A stretch of DNA of 40,334 nucleotides from Candidatus Woesearchaeota archaeon (GCA_014729915.1 WJJD01000155.1:1-40334), one strand, 5' to 3'. Positions 25,896 to 35,661 are shown, counted from the stretch's first letter. Numbers and translations: made by a program. The notes: generated by a model from the letters alone, not told the origin.

Positions 25896-27917
25896 ATGAA
25901 AGAGACATATTACTGGGCAGACAAGATTGCTAAAAAAGTAATTAAAAGAGTAAAAAATTCTGATATTTTAAAAAAATTAGTTAAAAATAACAAATACGGA
26001 TACTTAGTGTATGATGAAAAAACTCCGTCAGGAGTTATTCATATCGGATCTGGAAGAGGGTGGATTATACACGATGTAATTGCCAAAGCATTAAGAGACA
26101 GGGGAGTGAAAGCATCATTTGTGTTGTCAAGCGATGATATGGATCCTTTGGATAAGGAATCAAAAGAATTAACAAAAGAACAAAATGAAAAATATATGGG
26201 TGTTCCATTCAGATATATTCCAAGCCCGAAAAAAGGTTATGAAAGTTACGCAGATTATTATTTTTCACAGGCAACTGAAAAATTTGATGAATTCGGAATA
26301 AAAGCAATTCTTGAAAGTACAGGACAGGAGTATGAAAAAGGAACATTTAACAAAACAATTAAAATCGCTCTTAATAATGCTCATAAGATTCAAGATATTT
26401 ATAAGAAATTATACGGAGATGATGTTGATGCCGCTAAAAGACTTCCCTTTAATGTAAGATGTCCAAAATGCGGAAAAATAGCGACCACTCTTGCATCAAA
26501 ATGGGATAAAAAAAAGGAAAAAATATATTTTGAATGCAGGGATGATGTTCAGCCGTGGGCAAAAGGATGCAATACAAAAGCATGGATCTCTCCTTACAAC
26601 GGCAACGGAAAATTTCCCTGGAAAGTTGAATGGCCTGCAAAATGGCTCTCAAAAGGAGTCATTGTTGAAACAGCTGGAAAAGACCATTTTACTAAAGGCG
26701 GCTCCAGGACAATCGGGTGCATGATTTCAATGGATGTCTTTAATTATCCACCACCTTATCCGTCAAAAGGATATAAAACCGGACCTGGATATGAATGGGT
26801 AACTGTAGGCGGAAAATCTATGTCAACTTCCCGAGGCAGAGGATATTCGTTTGCAGAGTCAACCGAACTTGCTCCGGCATCAATTTTACGGTACATGCAG
26901 GTTAAAGCAAGACCTAATGCTGTGATTGATTTTCAGCCATATGAATCAAATGATCTTATTTTATTGTATGAAAGGTATGACCGCACAGAAAGGATTTATT
27001 TTGGCAAAGAAAAAGTTGACAAAAAAGAGCAAGCAAAGCAAAGAAGAATCTATGAGTTGAGCCAGATTGGTAAGATTCCAAAAAAATTACCTCCCCAGAT
27101 TCCTTTTACACATGCAGCTGTTTTAGCTCAGATTTTTAAAAGCGATAAAGATGTAATTGAAAATTTAAAAGAAACCGATCATCTTTCAGATAAACTCAGC
27201 ACAAAGGAGATAGAATATGTTAAAGAAAGAATTGATTTTGCTAGAAAATGGGTAAAAGAATTTGCTTCTGACAGATATAAATTCTCATTGCAAAACAAAG
27301 TTTCTGATGACATCGTTTTTTCTGAAAAACAGGTAAAGGCTCTTCATCTGCTCTCAGAAAAATTAAAGGAAAGTAAATATAATGAAAAAGAATTGTATAA
27401 TGAGTTTTATAGAATCTGCAAAAAGATTGATATTAAAACCAAAGAATTTTTCCAGGGAGCTTATCTTGCTCTTCTTAACAAAAAAAGAGGACCAAAACTA
27501 GCACCATTTATTCTGGCTGCAAAACAAAAGTCGATAGAATTATTCTCAGAAGCCAATGTTTCCAAAAGAAAAAATAAAGAAGAGAACATGAACATGATTG
27601 AGTTTGATGATTGGAAAAAATTAGAACTAAAAGTCGGCAGGATAATTAAAGCTGCTAAAATTAAAAAAGCTGACAAATTATATAAATTAATTATTGATAT
27701 CGGAAAAAAAGAGCCGATCCAGATTGTTTCAAGTCTTGTTGATTATTATTCAATTAAAGAATTAATTAACAAAAAAGTCATTGTACTTGTAAATCTGAAA
27801 CCAGCAAGATTCAAGGGAGAAATTTCTGAGGGGATGATTCTTTGTGCTGAAAATAAGGATAATTGTGTTCTTTTAAGTGTTGACAAAGATATTAAACCAG
27901 GAAGTCCTGTAACCTGA
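25896..27917 (+). CDS. lysS: Class I lysyl-tRNA synthetase with fused C-terminal tRNA-binding OB domain (Trbp111/MetRS-C-like)
   Basis: YYWAD, TPSGVIHIG, SDDMDPL, CPKCGK, WKVEWPAKW, GKDH, MSTSRG and GPKLAPF. Then IEFDDWKKLELKVG...ADKLYKL...VNLKPA...SEGMIL from 27588. Confidence 0.95.
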   Translation: MKETYYWADKIAKKVIKRVKNSDILKKLVKNNKYGYLVYDEKTPSGVIHIGSGRGWIIHDVIAKALRDRGVKASFVLSSDDMDPLDKESKELTKEQNEKYMGVPFRYIPSPKKGYESYADYYFSQATEKFDEFGIKAILESTGQEYEKGTFNKTIKIALNNAHKIQDIYKKLYGDDVDAAKRLPFNVRCPKCGKIATTLASKWDKKKEKIYFECRDDVQPWAKGCNTKAWISPYNGNGKFPWKVEWPAKWLSKGVIVETAGKDHFTKGGSRTIGCMISMDVFNYPPPYPSKGYKTGPGYEWVTVGGKSMSTSRGRGYSFAESTELAPASILRYMQVKARPNAVIDFQPYESNDLILLYERYDRTERIYFGKEKVDKKEQAKQRRIYELSQIGKIPKKLPPQIPFTHAAVLAQIFKSDKDVIENLKETDHLSDKLSTKEIEYVKERIDFARKWVKEFASDRYKFSLQNKVSDDIVFSEKQVKALHLLSEKLKESKYNEKELYNEFYRICKKIDIKTKEFFQGAYLALLNKKRGPKLAPFILAAKQKSIELFSEANVSKRKNKEENMNMIEFDDWKKLELKVGRIIKAAKIKKADKLYKLIIDIGKKEPIQIVSSLVDYYSIKELINKKVIVLVNLKPARFKGEISEGMILCAENKDNCVLLSVDKDIKPGSPVT

Positions 27918-28254
27918 GTAAAATTATCCTTAATGAGGCATTTATAAAAATAAATTTAATAACTTTTGTATGGATGATGCAGATAAAAAATTATTTATTT
28001 ATTCAGTATTGATACTGACAGGTATTTTGTTAATCTATTCTCCTATTCCTTAGAGTGTTAATTATTTTTTGTTTTATTTTTTATGAGCAGTACATATGGT
28101 TGAGCAAATTTTTTGCACTTTAACTTCTTGGAAATGAAGATAAAACAATTGTGAAATTTATTTAGTAAAACCATAAAATATTTAAAGAAAGATATAATCA
28201 AAAGAATATATTGGGGGACATATATTTTTACATGGTAAATCACAGGAATTTAAA

Positions 28255-28530
28255 ATGAAAGACAAAGATATTTTTAACATTTTTTTCAGGGAAAAGCCGT
28301 CTATGATGCTTGTTACAATGAGGAATAATAAAAAAGAGATGTATGCATCTTACCTTGCAAAGCAAATTGATTGTACATATTCCCATGTTGTAAAAATCTT
28401 AAAAGAGATGCATAAAGCAGGTCTTGTTGAATTCCATAAACAGGGAAGATTAAAGCTTCTTAATCTAACAAAAAAAGGAGATGAAGTAGCAAAACATATT
28501 GATAAAGTCAGAATGATTTTTAAGGATTAA
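28255..28530 (+). CDS. Small winged-helix (MarR-like) DNA-binding protein
   Basis: YASYLAKQIDCTYSHVVKIL...GLV...GRLKLLNLTKKG. Confidence 0.85.
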   Translation: MKDKDIFNIFFREKPSMMLVTMRNNKKEMYASYLAKQIDCTYSHVVKILKEMHKAGLVEFHKQGRLKLLNLTKKGDEVAKHIDKVRMIFKD

Positions 28531-29912
28531 GATAGATTTTTTTTTACAGATTCTATAAATTCAGATTCTTTGTCTTTTAGAACATACCCGCCTGCAGCAT
28601 TTTTATGTCCACCGATTTCAGAATCATCAATATTAATTACAATTTCTTTTAATATTTCTCTTAAATCACTATTTATTATATTTCCGGTTTTTCTTATCGA
28701 TATTTTAATAATATTATCTGGTGTATAACCCATACTGATTATGTAAGTTTCCTGTTTAAAATTATTAGAATTTGATATTATAGAAGCAAGTGTTCCTATG
28801 ATAGTATATCGAATATCATTTCCGGTATTTAATATGATGTAATTTTTTCCCTTAATAATTTTTTTGGTATCTTTATTTTCTTCATACCATCTGAGAGCAT
28901 TTCCGATTTCTCTTCTGTATTGATCCATACATTTTATCGCTTTTTGTTTAAGGTCATCCCTATTAAGGCACGCTCCGATTCCAAGAGAGGCAGCATCCAT
29001 TCTTCCGCATGCATTTAACAATGTTGAAAATTCTTTGGCATCTCTTGTAGGAAGATTTTTTTGTTCCTCAACTAATATATATCTTTTTCCCAGGATATCT
29101 TCAGGATTTTTTTGATTAGTTCTTTTCATAACAATAGCTGTTATCAGGCGTTGTTTTTGTTTTTCATCTAATTGATTATACTTTACCCAGTCTCCTTTAA
29201 TTTTTGGCTTAATTTGGATCTGATTTAAGAATTGTATTGCGCAGGATTCAGAACCTGAAACACCGGGAATAAAAATATCTTTGTCATATGCAAGAAGTTT
29301 GAATAATGGTTTTGTTTCAATTCCAAACCAGTTTATTGATGTCTTTATTTTTATCTTGTTTAATAAAACAGCTTCTTTTAAAAATTCATTATTAAAACCT
29401 GAAAATCCAGAATTTTCCTGTGCATCACCAATTGCTCCGATAATCGGAAGATGACACAGTTCTCTGTTTTTTGGGTTCAATGCTTTACAAAACAAATAAA
29501 CCACACCGCTTCCTGAAATTTCCTCAGATCCGTCAATATCATATAAATGAGGATTAATATGAACTGCTTTATTCTGATTTATTTTTTCAATAAAGTGATG
29601 ATCCAGAATAAAGATTTTCCTGTTTTTTAAGTATTTTAGAATGTATTTTATTTGTCCAGATCCAAGATCAGAAAAAATATATGCCTTATATTTTTCTGAA
29701 GATAGTTTTATCACTTCTTTTTCAGTAAGCTGTGGAACAATAGTTAAAGAATACGATCTATTGTTCCTGTTTAAAGCGGAAATAAGCTGAGATGCTGAAC
29801 AAAGTCCGTCAGCATCATAATGGCTGATAAGCCTTATTTTTTCGCTTTTTTTGATTAAACTAAACTTTTTTACAGCATTAATAATATCCGTTCTGAACTG
29901 ATCATATTTCAT
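28527..29912 (-). CDS. DHH-family phosphoesterase (archaeal RecJ-like)
   Basis: SHYDADG, SDLGSG, ILDHH and DHHA1 GGHKNAAG. Lies directly after rps15, as in many archaea. Confidence 0.92.
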   Translation of the reverse strand: MKYDQFRTDIINAVKKFSLIKKSEKIRLISHYDADGLCSASQLISALNRNNRSYSLTIVPQLTEKEVIKLSSEKYKAYIFSDLGSGQIKYILKYLKNRKIFILDHHFIEKINQNKAVHINPHLYDIDGSEEISGSGVVYLFCKALNPKNRELCHLPIIGAIGDAQENSGFSGFNNEFLKEAVLLNKIKIKTSINWFGIETKPLFKLLAYDKDIFIPGVSGSESCAIQFLNQIQIKPKIKGDWVKYNQLDEKQKQRLITAIVMKRTNQKNPEDILGKRYILVEEQKNLPTRDAKEFSTLLNACGRMDAASLGIGACLNRDDLKQKAIKCMDQYRREIGNALRWYEENKDTKKIIKGKNYIILNTGNDIRYTIIGTLASIISNSNNFKQETYIISMGYTPDNIIKISIRKTGNIINSDLREILKEIVINIDDSEIGGHKNAAGGYVLKDKESEFIESVKKNLS

Positions 29913-29917
29913 AAGGT

Positions 29918-30373
29918 TTATTCTACTAACAGGTTAACATTTTTTGGATTATAATTCCATGAAGATGCCAGTTTTTTGGATTCTTTGTAATATTTTACTA
30001 ATCTTCTCACTTTTGATTCTGTTAACCTTAGTCCCCTTATTGCAACTTTATCTTTTTTATTGTTTTCAAGGTGTTTTTGCAGTGCAACAACCTTTTTTAA
30101 TAAATTCATAAGATCTTCAGGAATCTCAGGCAAAATCTTTTTCTCTACAAGAATCTTTGATATCTTTTTTTTTGTTATAAGTTTCACATCAGGAATTCCA
30201 TACGTATCCCTAAGATGAAGTCCGATTTGTGAGGGTGTCATTCCCTGTTTTGCAAGTTTAACTATTAATAATTCTATTTCTTTTGGTTTATATCTTATCC
30301 AGCTGTGAATAACTTTTTTGCTGGGTTTTGTTGAACCTGATTTTCCTTTTCTTCTTGAATGCATTCGTGCCAT
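29918..30373 (-). CDS. rps15: 30S ribosomal protein uS15 (S15P/S13e)
   Basis: MARMHSRRKGKSGS, LRDTYGIP, PEDLMNL and ESKVRRLVKYY. Start is the ATG at 30373. Confidence 0.97.
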   Translation of the reverse strand: MARMHSRRKGKSGSTKPSKKVIHSWIRYKPKEIELLIVKLAKQGMTPSQIGLHLRDTYGIPDVKLITKKKISKILVEKKILPEIPEDLMNLLKKVVALQKHLENNKKDKVAIRGLRLTESKVRRLVKYYKESKKLASSWNYNPKNVNLLVE

Positions 30374-30478
30374 TTTTAAACTCCGGGAGAACAAGTCTTA
30401 AGCTGATTCTCCAGTATAGGAATGTTAACAACAAACCTATCTCTTGAACTAATTGTTAGAAAAAAGGTTTATTTATAA
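30374..30478 (-). promoter_or_regulatory. TATA box and two-hairpin 5' leader of rps15
   Basis: TTATAAAT at 30478-30471. Hairpins ATAGG..TGTT/AACA..CCTAT (30440-30416) and GGAGAA/TTCTCC (30412-30386). Confidence 0.45.
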
Positions 30479-30484
30479 GGTTTT

Positions 30485-30943
30485 TTATTCATGAATTATC
30501 TCAATAAAATGTTTATGAACATATATTTCAACATTGTTTTTTTCAGAGAATCTCTCAATCTCTTTAATATGGGCTTCACAGACCTCTCTTAAATCACAGT
30601 TTTTGCATTTTGTTGCTTCTATTTCAGATCTTTTTTTCCAGTCTTTACACGGAATTTCAAAGAGCCAGGTTATTTTTTTTCCTATTTTTGAATCTTTTCG
30701 TATTGTCTTAGAATGAATCTTTTTTTCATCAAAAAATCTCCCGATTGTATTGCATTTATCACACACAAAAGATTTTCCGGGATTTTTATGCTTATAGATT
30801 CTTGCATCTGATTCGCACTTAGGACATTTTATTTTTTTTCCTTTCCAGTTGATCTTTTTCATTGAAACATAATCACAGTTAGGACAGATCAGGGCAATTT
30901 CATTTTCAATACAGTCGTATCCGCATTTTGGACAGCTTGCCAT
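30485..30943 (-). CDS. Multi-zinc-ribbon protein
   Basis: CPKC..CPNC, CPKC..CDKC and C..CKNC..C..H; 152 aa. Confidence 0.75.
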   Translation of the reverse strand: MASCPKCGYDCIENEIALICPNCDYVSMKKINWKGKKIKCPKCESDARIYKHKNPGKSFVCDKCNTIGRFFDEKKIHSKTIRKDSKIGKKITWLFEIPCKDWKKRSEIEATKCKNCDLREVCEAHIKEIERFSEKNNVEIYVHKHFIEIIHE

Positions 30944-30990
30944 ATATCTATTAATTTGAAAAGGATTATTAAATGTTTTGGAGAAAAAGC

Positions 30991-31064
30991 CGTCCCTGCC
31001 GGGATTTGAACCCGGGTCTCAAGATCCGCAATCTTGCGTTCTGTCCAAGCTAGACTACAGGGAC
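30991..31064 (-). tRNA. tRNA-Arg(GCG), intronless, CCA not encoded
   Basis: GTCCCTG/CAGGGAC acceptor stem, CAAGA-TTGCGGA-TCTTG anticodon arm and CCGGGTTCAAATCCCGG T arm. TTTATAAA about 30 nt upstream. Confidence 0.95.
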
Positions 31065-31205
31065 TTACTTAACCAACAAAAAAACTTAATCTCTTTATAA
31101 ATGTATTATTTAAAAAATCAGAGAAGGTGTTCAAAAATGGATTTCTAAAAAGAAATCCATTACAAAAACAAAAACCTTTTATTAACCCTATATTTAATAT
31201 GATTT

Positions 31206-31550
31206 ATGAACTATAAACAGGTAATACTAATAAGACAAGACATCAAGCTTCCAAAAGGAAAAACTGCTGTTCAGGCTGCACATGCTTCTGTAGATGCAGT
31301 ATTAAAATCTTCTGAAAAAAACATAAAGGAATGGAGGAAAAAAGGAATGGCTAAAATAGTTGTAAAAGTCAAAGATAGAAAAGAGCTTTTTAAGTTTATC
31401 CAGTCTGCAAAAGATGCAGGCCTTGTAGCCTCTGTTATAACTGATGCAGGTAAAACCGTTGTATGCCCGGGAACTGTCACATGTGGTGCAATCGGACCTG
31501 ATAAAGAAGAAAATATTGATAATATCACAGGAGAGCTGAAATTAGCCTAA
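31206..31550 (+). CDS. pth2: Peptidyl-tRNA hydrolase 2
   Basis: YKQVILIR.D.KL.KGK.AVQAAHAS, KIVVKV, DAGKT, and PGTVTC.AIGP...IDNITGELKL. Confidence 0.96.
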   Translation: MNYKQVILIRQDIKLPKGKTAVQAAHASVDAVLKSSEKNIKEWRKKGMAKIVVKVKDRKELFKFIQSAKDAGLVASVITDAGKTVVCPGTVTCGAIGPDKEENIDNITGELKLA

Positions 31551-32117
31551 TAATGCAATAAAAATATCTCCAAATGCTAATAATAATATTATGTTGACGA
31601 CAAAATTAAGACCTGTCTCAAATATCATTTCTTCAGGTGCAAACATAAAAATTATATCAAGTCCGAGACAAATTATAAATTTTATTGTAACAAGAATCAA
31701 TCCAAGTAATACAAAATTAACATCAGGATATTGAACAGCAACAAAATTTATGAGCAAAGTAAAAATTATTGAAAGAGTTGTATCTTTATCAAGTCTTGCT
31801 GTTAAAAGATCCGGAATGATCTCTCCTGCAAATATTAAAACCAAACCATATCCAAGCCCATAGGTTCTTGTTAAAACTAAACTTAAAAACACTTCAAGAC
31901 CAGGATCAACACGAAACGTCAATAAGTTGATATTATAATTAATAACTCCGGTAAGAGCTGTTAACGTTAAAAAAATAAATATCCTGATCTCAAATATTAA
32001 AGATAAAATAAATGCTGTCAGAAACATTATCACAAGAATAGAAAAGGTTTTTTTGCTCATGCTTTTTTTTTCATGAGGCTCAAGACCCCTTCTTCTGTAT
32101 TCGTCCTCTTTCATCAT
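31542..32117 (-). CDS. Hypothetical polytopic membrane protein
   Basis: 191 aa with about 5-6 hydrophobic segments. Size is like an ECF S-component, but no diagnostic motif. Confidence 0.75.
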   Translation of the reverse strand: MMKEDEYRRRGLEPHEKKSMSKKTFSILVIMFLTAFILSLIFEIRIFIFLTLTALTGVINYNINLLTFRVDPGLEVFLSLVLTRTYGLGYGLVLIFAGEIIPDLLTARLDKDTTLSIIFTLLINFVAVQYPDVNFVLLGLILVTIKFIICLGLDIIFMFAPEEMIFETGLNFVVNIILLLAFGDIFIALLG

Positions 32118-32149
32118 ATTAAATAGGGTTTTTATCTATTTAAATTTAA

Positions 32150-33520
32150 TTATATAGCTAAGAGATCTTTCATCCTATGAATTTCAATGAGGTTTGTTGC
32201 TGGCCTGCCCGGACTGTACAAACCTGCTGTAAAAAGAACAAGATCTGATTTACTGATCAATTTTTTTTTATATGCAAATCTTGAAGCATGAAGAATTTTA
32301 TCATTTTTTGGCATATCCTTATATACTACTGAAAATATACCAAAAAACAAATCCAGTTTTTTTTTAACATTTTCTGAAGGTGTTATTACTATAATTATTT
32401 TATCCATCCTGAACCTGGATATCATTCTTGCAGTAAATCCGGAATTGCTTAAAACAACAATTTTATCAATGGAAAGAATTTTTTCAATCTCATAAACTGA
32501 ATGACTTATAGCTTCTGTAATGCTTATTTTCTCCAAGCTTTTTATATCTGATTTTATCTCATTTTCCACTTCAAGTGAGATATTTCTCATCTCTTTTACT
32601 GCATTAACAGGATATTTTCCTATTGCTGTCTCTGCTGAAAGCATTATTGCATCAGTTCCATCTATAACCGCGTTTGCAACATCACTTGTTTCTGCTCTTG
32701 TTGGTGTCTCTGAATTAATCATAGACTGAAGCATCTGTGTTGCAGTAATTACTAATTTTCCTTTTTCATTGCATTTTTCAATTATCTTTTTTTGAATTAA
32801 AGGTATTTTCTCAGGCTTGATTTCTGTTCCGAGGTCTCCTCTTGCAATCATCACTCCATCTGATTTTGTAAGAATTTTATCAAAATTATCCAGTCCCTGT
32901 CTGTTTTCGATTTTGGCAATGACACCAATATCAGAACGCTTTAATTTTTTTTTTAATTGCTCAATATCTTTTGTCGATCTTGTAAAGGATAATGCAATAT
33001 AGTCGATTTTATGCTTTATTGCAAACTTTATCCCTTTGATATCTTTGTCATGAAGAATAGGAAGATTAAAAAAAACTCCATTTATATTTACACTTTTTGC
33101 ATTTTTTAAAACCCCGTCACATAAAAATTTGAGTCCCAATAATCTTTTTTTTTTAAAAATTATTTTTGCTTTAAGTTTTCCATCATTAAAATAAATAATG
33201 TTTCCCTTTTTTACTCTATTATAAAAATCAACATCAAAATAAATATCATTTTCTTTTGTAAAACCAATCTTAATAAGATCATCCTTTGAAACAATTTTTG
33301 TATTATTGGTATACATTCTGACTTCCGGACCCTTTGTATCTAAAATTATTGTTAGGTTTTTTATTTTACGCAAATTAGTAATTAATTTTTCATAATCTAT
33401 AAATCGTCCGTGGGAAAGATTGATACGTGCACAATCCATTCCGTTTGAAATCATCTCTTTTAAGATCTTTAAATCAGAACTGGCTGGTCCAAGAGTACAT
33501 ATTATCTTTGTTTTTTTCAT
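32150..33520 (-). CDS. pyk: Pyruvate kinase
   Basis: KTKIICTLGPAS, RINLSHG, LDTKGPE, IAKIEN, MIARGDLG, TATQML.SM, PTRAE.SDVANA and DGTDA.MLS.ETA.G.YP. Confidence 0.97.
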   Translation of the reverse strand: MKKTKIICTLGPASSDLKILKEMISNGMDCARINLSHGRFIDYEKLITNLRKIKNLTIILDTKGPEVRMYTNNTKIVSKDDLIKIGFTKENDIYFDVDFYNRVKKGNIIYFNDGKLKAKIIFKKKRLLGLKFLCDGVLKNAKSVNINGVFFNLPILHDKDIKGIKFAIKHKIDYIALSFTRSTKDIEQLKKKLKRSDIGVIAKIENRQGLDNFDKILTKSDGVMIARGDLGTEIKPEKIPLIQKKIIEKCNEKGKLVITATQMLQSMINSETPTRAETSDVANAVIDGTDAIMLSAETAIGKYPVNAVKEMRNISLEVENEIKSDIKSLEKISITEAISHSVYEIEKILSIDKIVVLSNSGFTARMISRFRMDKIIIVITPSENVKKKLDLFFGIFSVVYKDMPKNDKILHASRFAYKKKLISKSDLVLFTAGLYSPGRPATNLIEIHRMKDLLAI

Positions 33521-33681
33521 CTTTGTTTTCTTATTGGTATGTCATTATCTTTAAGACAATCCATCACCCATACAACCTTAAGATCAAGCTCTCTGGCTAT
33601 TTTTTGCATACTATTTTTATTCTGATACATCTTAATTATTTTTTTTCTGATTTTTCGTTTGATATTGGCTTTGGGTCTCAT
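33517..33681 (-). CDS. Small HTH protein, 54 aa (not in ORF track)
   Basis: MRPKANIKRKIRKKIIKMYQNKNSMQKIARELDLKVVWVMDCLKDNDIPIRKQR*, with an SxxxIAxxL HTH pattern. Its TGA overlaps the pyk ATG (ATGA). Confidence 0.7.
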   Translation of the reverse strand: MRPKANIKRKIRKKIIKMYQNKNSMQKIARELDLKVVWVMDCLKDNDIPIRKQR

Positions 33682-33735
33682 ATTCAAAATAACACTAATT
33701 ATATTTATAAATTTGTCTGATTTTTATATAAATTG

Positions 33736-35322
33736 ATGTCTGAAGAAAAAAAAAAGGTAATAAAAGAGATTGACGAGTTTGAAGAAAAAGTTGAGCGTGA
33801 AGCTGAACTTAAAAAAATCCTTCAGTATGTAATCCCTGAAAAAGAATTTAAAAAAACCGCAGAATTTGTAAAAGACGGGTTTGATTATGTAATTGAAATT
33901 GAGGAGTTTTTCAGAAAAGACTTCTTTTTTGACTGGCTTCCAAAAAAAATAAAAAAATACCTTAAACTATTAATCCCATTTGTCCTTATGTTTATTGTAC
34001 TATATCTTCCATTGGACATAAACAATGAAATTAAAAAAGCTCTTGCTCTATTTGTCTGCATATCATTTTTATGGGCTCTTGAATCAATAAGTATGATTGT
34101 CACTGCTCTTTTCATTCCTGTTCTTGCTGTCGCACTTGGTTTAATTAAGGATTCCAACCCGTTCTCTTCATTTTCTAATCCGATCATTTATTTATTGCTT
34201 TCAGGACTGATTATAGGGATGGCTTTCCGAAAGCATGGAATCGACAGATATCTTGCACTTAAAGTAATGGCTTTTTCAAAAGGAAGCATAAAAAGACTTC
34301 TTTTTTTTACAATGCTTATAACCGGACTTCTTGGTATGTGGATGTCAAATACAGCAACGCTTGCGTTAATGATTCCTGTAATTCTTTCTATATCAAAAGA
34401 GATAAACCAAAGAACAGAAAAAGATTATACAGCTATGCTGCTTTTATCAGCTGGTTTTGGCGGAGCTATCCTCGGTCTTTCAACTATTCTCGGAGGTAAC
34501 CCGAATGCTATTACTGCTGCTTTTTTAAGAAATATTTCAGACTTTACTTTTTTTGACTGGACTAAGATCGGATTTCCCGTATCAATAATTCTTTTTATGC
34601 TTGCGTATTTTATCTTTATCAAGATGTATAATGTAAAAGAGGAAAAAATAGATATTTCCAACTTGATTTTGAGTGCAAAACAGCAAAAACTAAGTGTTGA
34701 TCAGGAAAAAGTCCTTTTGATTTTTCTGCCCACAATTTTTCTTTGGATTTTTGGAGGAGAACTTTCATCTTTTTTAAAACTTCCACTGGATTTTTACAGG
34801 ACCGAAGTTATTGGTCTTTCTGCATCAATTCTGCTTTTTGCATTCAAACTTTTAGAATGGGAAGATGTAAGAAAAGTTCCATGGGAAATTTTTCTCCTTG
34901 TAGGCGGAGGACTTACTCTCGGGCAGATTCTCATTGACTCAGGAACATCTCTTTATATTTCTGAGAAGCTTTTTATTTTATTTCAATACTTTCCAAAATG
35001 GACCGTAATTTTAATTATTGTTTTTTCTGCAGTCATTTTGGCTAATTTTGTCAATAATTCATCAACAGTTATTATCCTGGTTCCGATTCTAATAAATTTA
35101 TCATCAATGCTCGGGATAGAAAAACAAGTTGTTGCAATAGGTGCTGTAATGGCTACAGCAATATCTCCTCTAACTCCAATTGCTATCCCTTCTTTTTCAT
35201 TAATTTACGGAACGGGAAATGTTTCAAGAAAAGAGATGGTAAAAACAGGCTTTATTATATCTATATTTTGCGGTGTGATACTTGGCGCTATCCTGTTTTT
35301 AATAAATGAAATATTTTATTAA
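33736..35322 (+). CDS. SLC13/DASS family anion transporter
   Basis: LWALESI...TAL, MWMSNTAT, G..T..GGNPNAI, W.I..L.GGGL.LG and FVNNSST. Many TM helices and a charged N-terminal extension. Confidence 0.9.
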   Translation: MSEEKKKVIKEIDEFEEKVEREAELKKILQYVIPEKEFKKTAEFVKDGFDYVIEIEEFFRKDFFFDWLPKKIKKYLKLLIPFVLMFIVLYLPLDINNEIKKALALFVCISFLWALESISMIVTALFIPVLAVALGLIKDSNPFSSFSNPIIYLLLSGLIIGMAFRKHGIDRYLALKVMAFSKGSIKRLLFFTMLITGLLGMWMSNTATLALMIPVILSISKEINQRTEKDYTAMLLLSAGFGGAILGLSTILGGNPNAITAAFLRNISDFTFFDWTKIGFPVSIILFMLAYFIFIKMYNVKEEKIDISNLILSAKQQKLSVDQEKVLLIFLPTIFLWIFGGELSSFLKLPLDFYRTEVIGLSASILLFAFKLLEWEDVRKVPWEIFLLVGGGLTLGQILIDSGTSLYISEKLFILFQYFPKWTVILIIVFSAVILANFVNNSSTVIILVPILINLSSMLGIEKQVVAIGAVMATAISPLTPIAIPSFSLIYGTGNVSRKEMVKTGFIISIFCGVILGAILFLINEIFY

Positions 35323-35334
35323 TCTAAAAAAGAT

Positions 35335-35490
35335 TTATTTTTTTTTAGATTTCTTTTTAGCTTCTTCTTTTTTCTTTGCTTCACTGTTTTTTGTTTTGCA
35401 TTTTTCACAATACAAAGAACCTGCATAACTAGGATAGAAAACTTTTTTACAGATCAAACATTTTTTTCTTACTTTATAATTTTTTGCCAT
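35335..35490 (-). CDS. Small basic zinc-finger protein, 51 aa (not in ORF track)
   Basis: MAKNYKVRKKCLICKKVFYPSYAGSLYCEKCKTKNSEAKKKEEAKKKSKKK*: CxxC-x13-CxxC plus a Lys-rich tail. Confidence 0.65.
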   Translation of the reverse strand: MAKNYKVRKKCLICKKVFYPSYAGSLYCEKCKTKNSEAKKKEEAKKKSKKK

Positions 35491-35625
35491 TTTATTTTTC
35501 TGGAAAAATATTATAATTATAAAAGTTTTGGAAAAAAGTGTAAACTAATTATCAAATTGAACAAAAGATAATTTTTTCAAACTTCTGTGGGAATTTAGAA
35601 CATTCTTTTTGTGATCAGAAGTTAT

Positions 35626-35660
35626 TTTTTTACAATCCCTTAGTTAGGGATTGTGAAAAA
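35626..35660 (-). terminator. Hairpin immediately after the protease stop codon (terminator or REP-like)
   Basis: TTTTTT-ACAATCCCT-TAGTT-AGGGATTGT-GAAAAA: a 9-bp perfect stem, extendable by the T/A tracts. Confidence 0.5.
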
Positions 35661-35661
35661 C

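Noticed and set aside
27970-28243. Short hydrophobic ORF MDDADKKLFIYSVLILTGILLIYSPIP* and antisense 61-aa ORF
   Set aside because: Could be a decayed membrane-protein gene, but there is too little signal to call.
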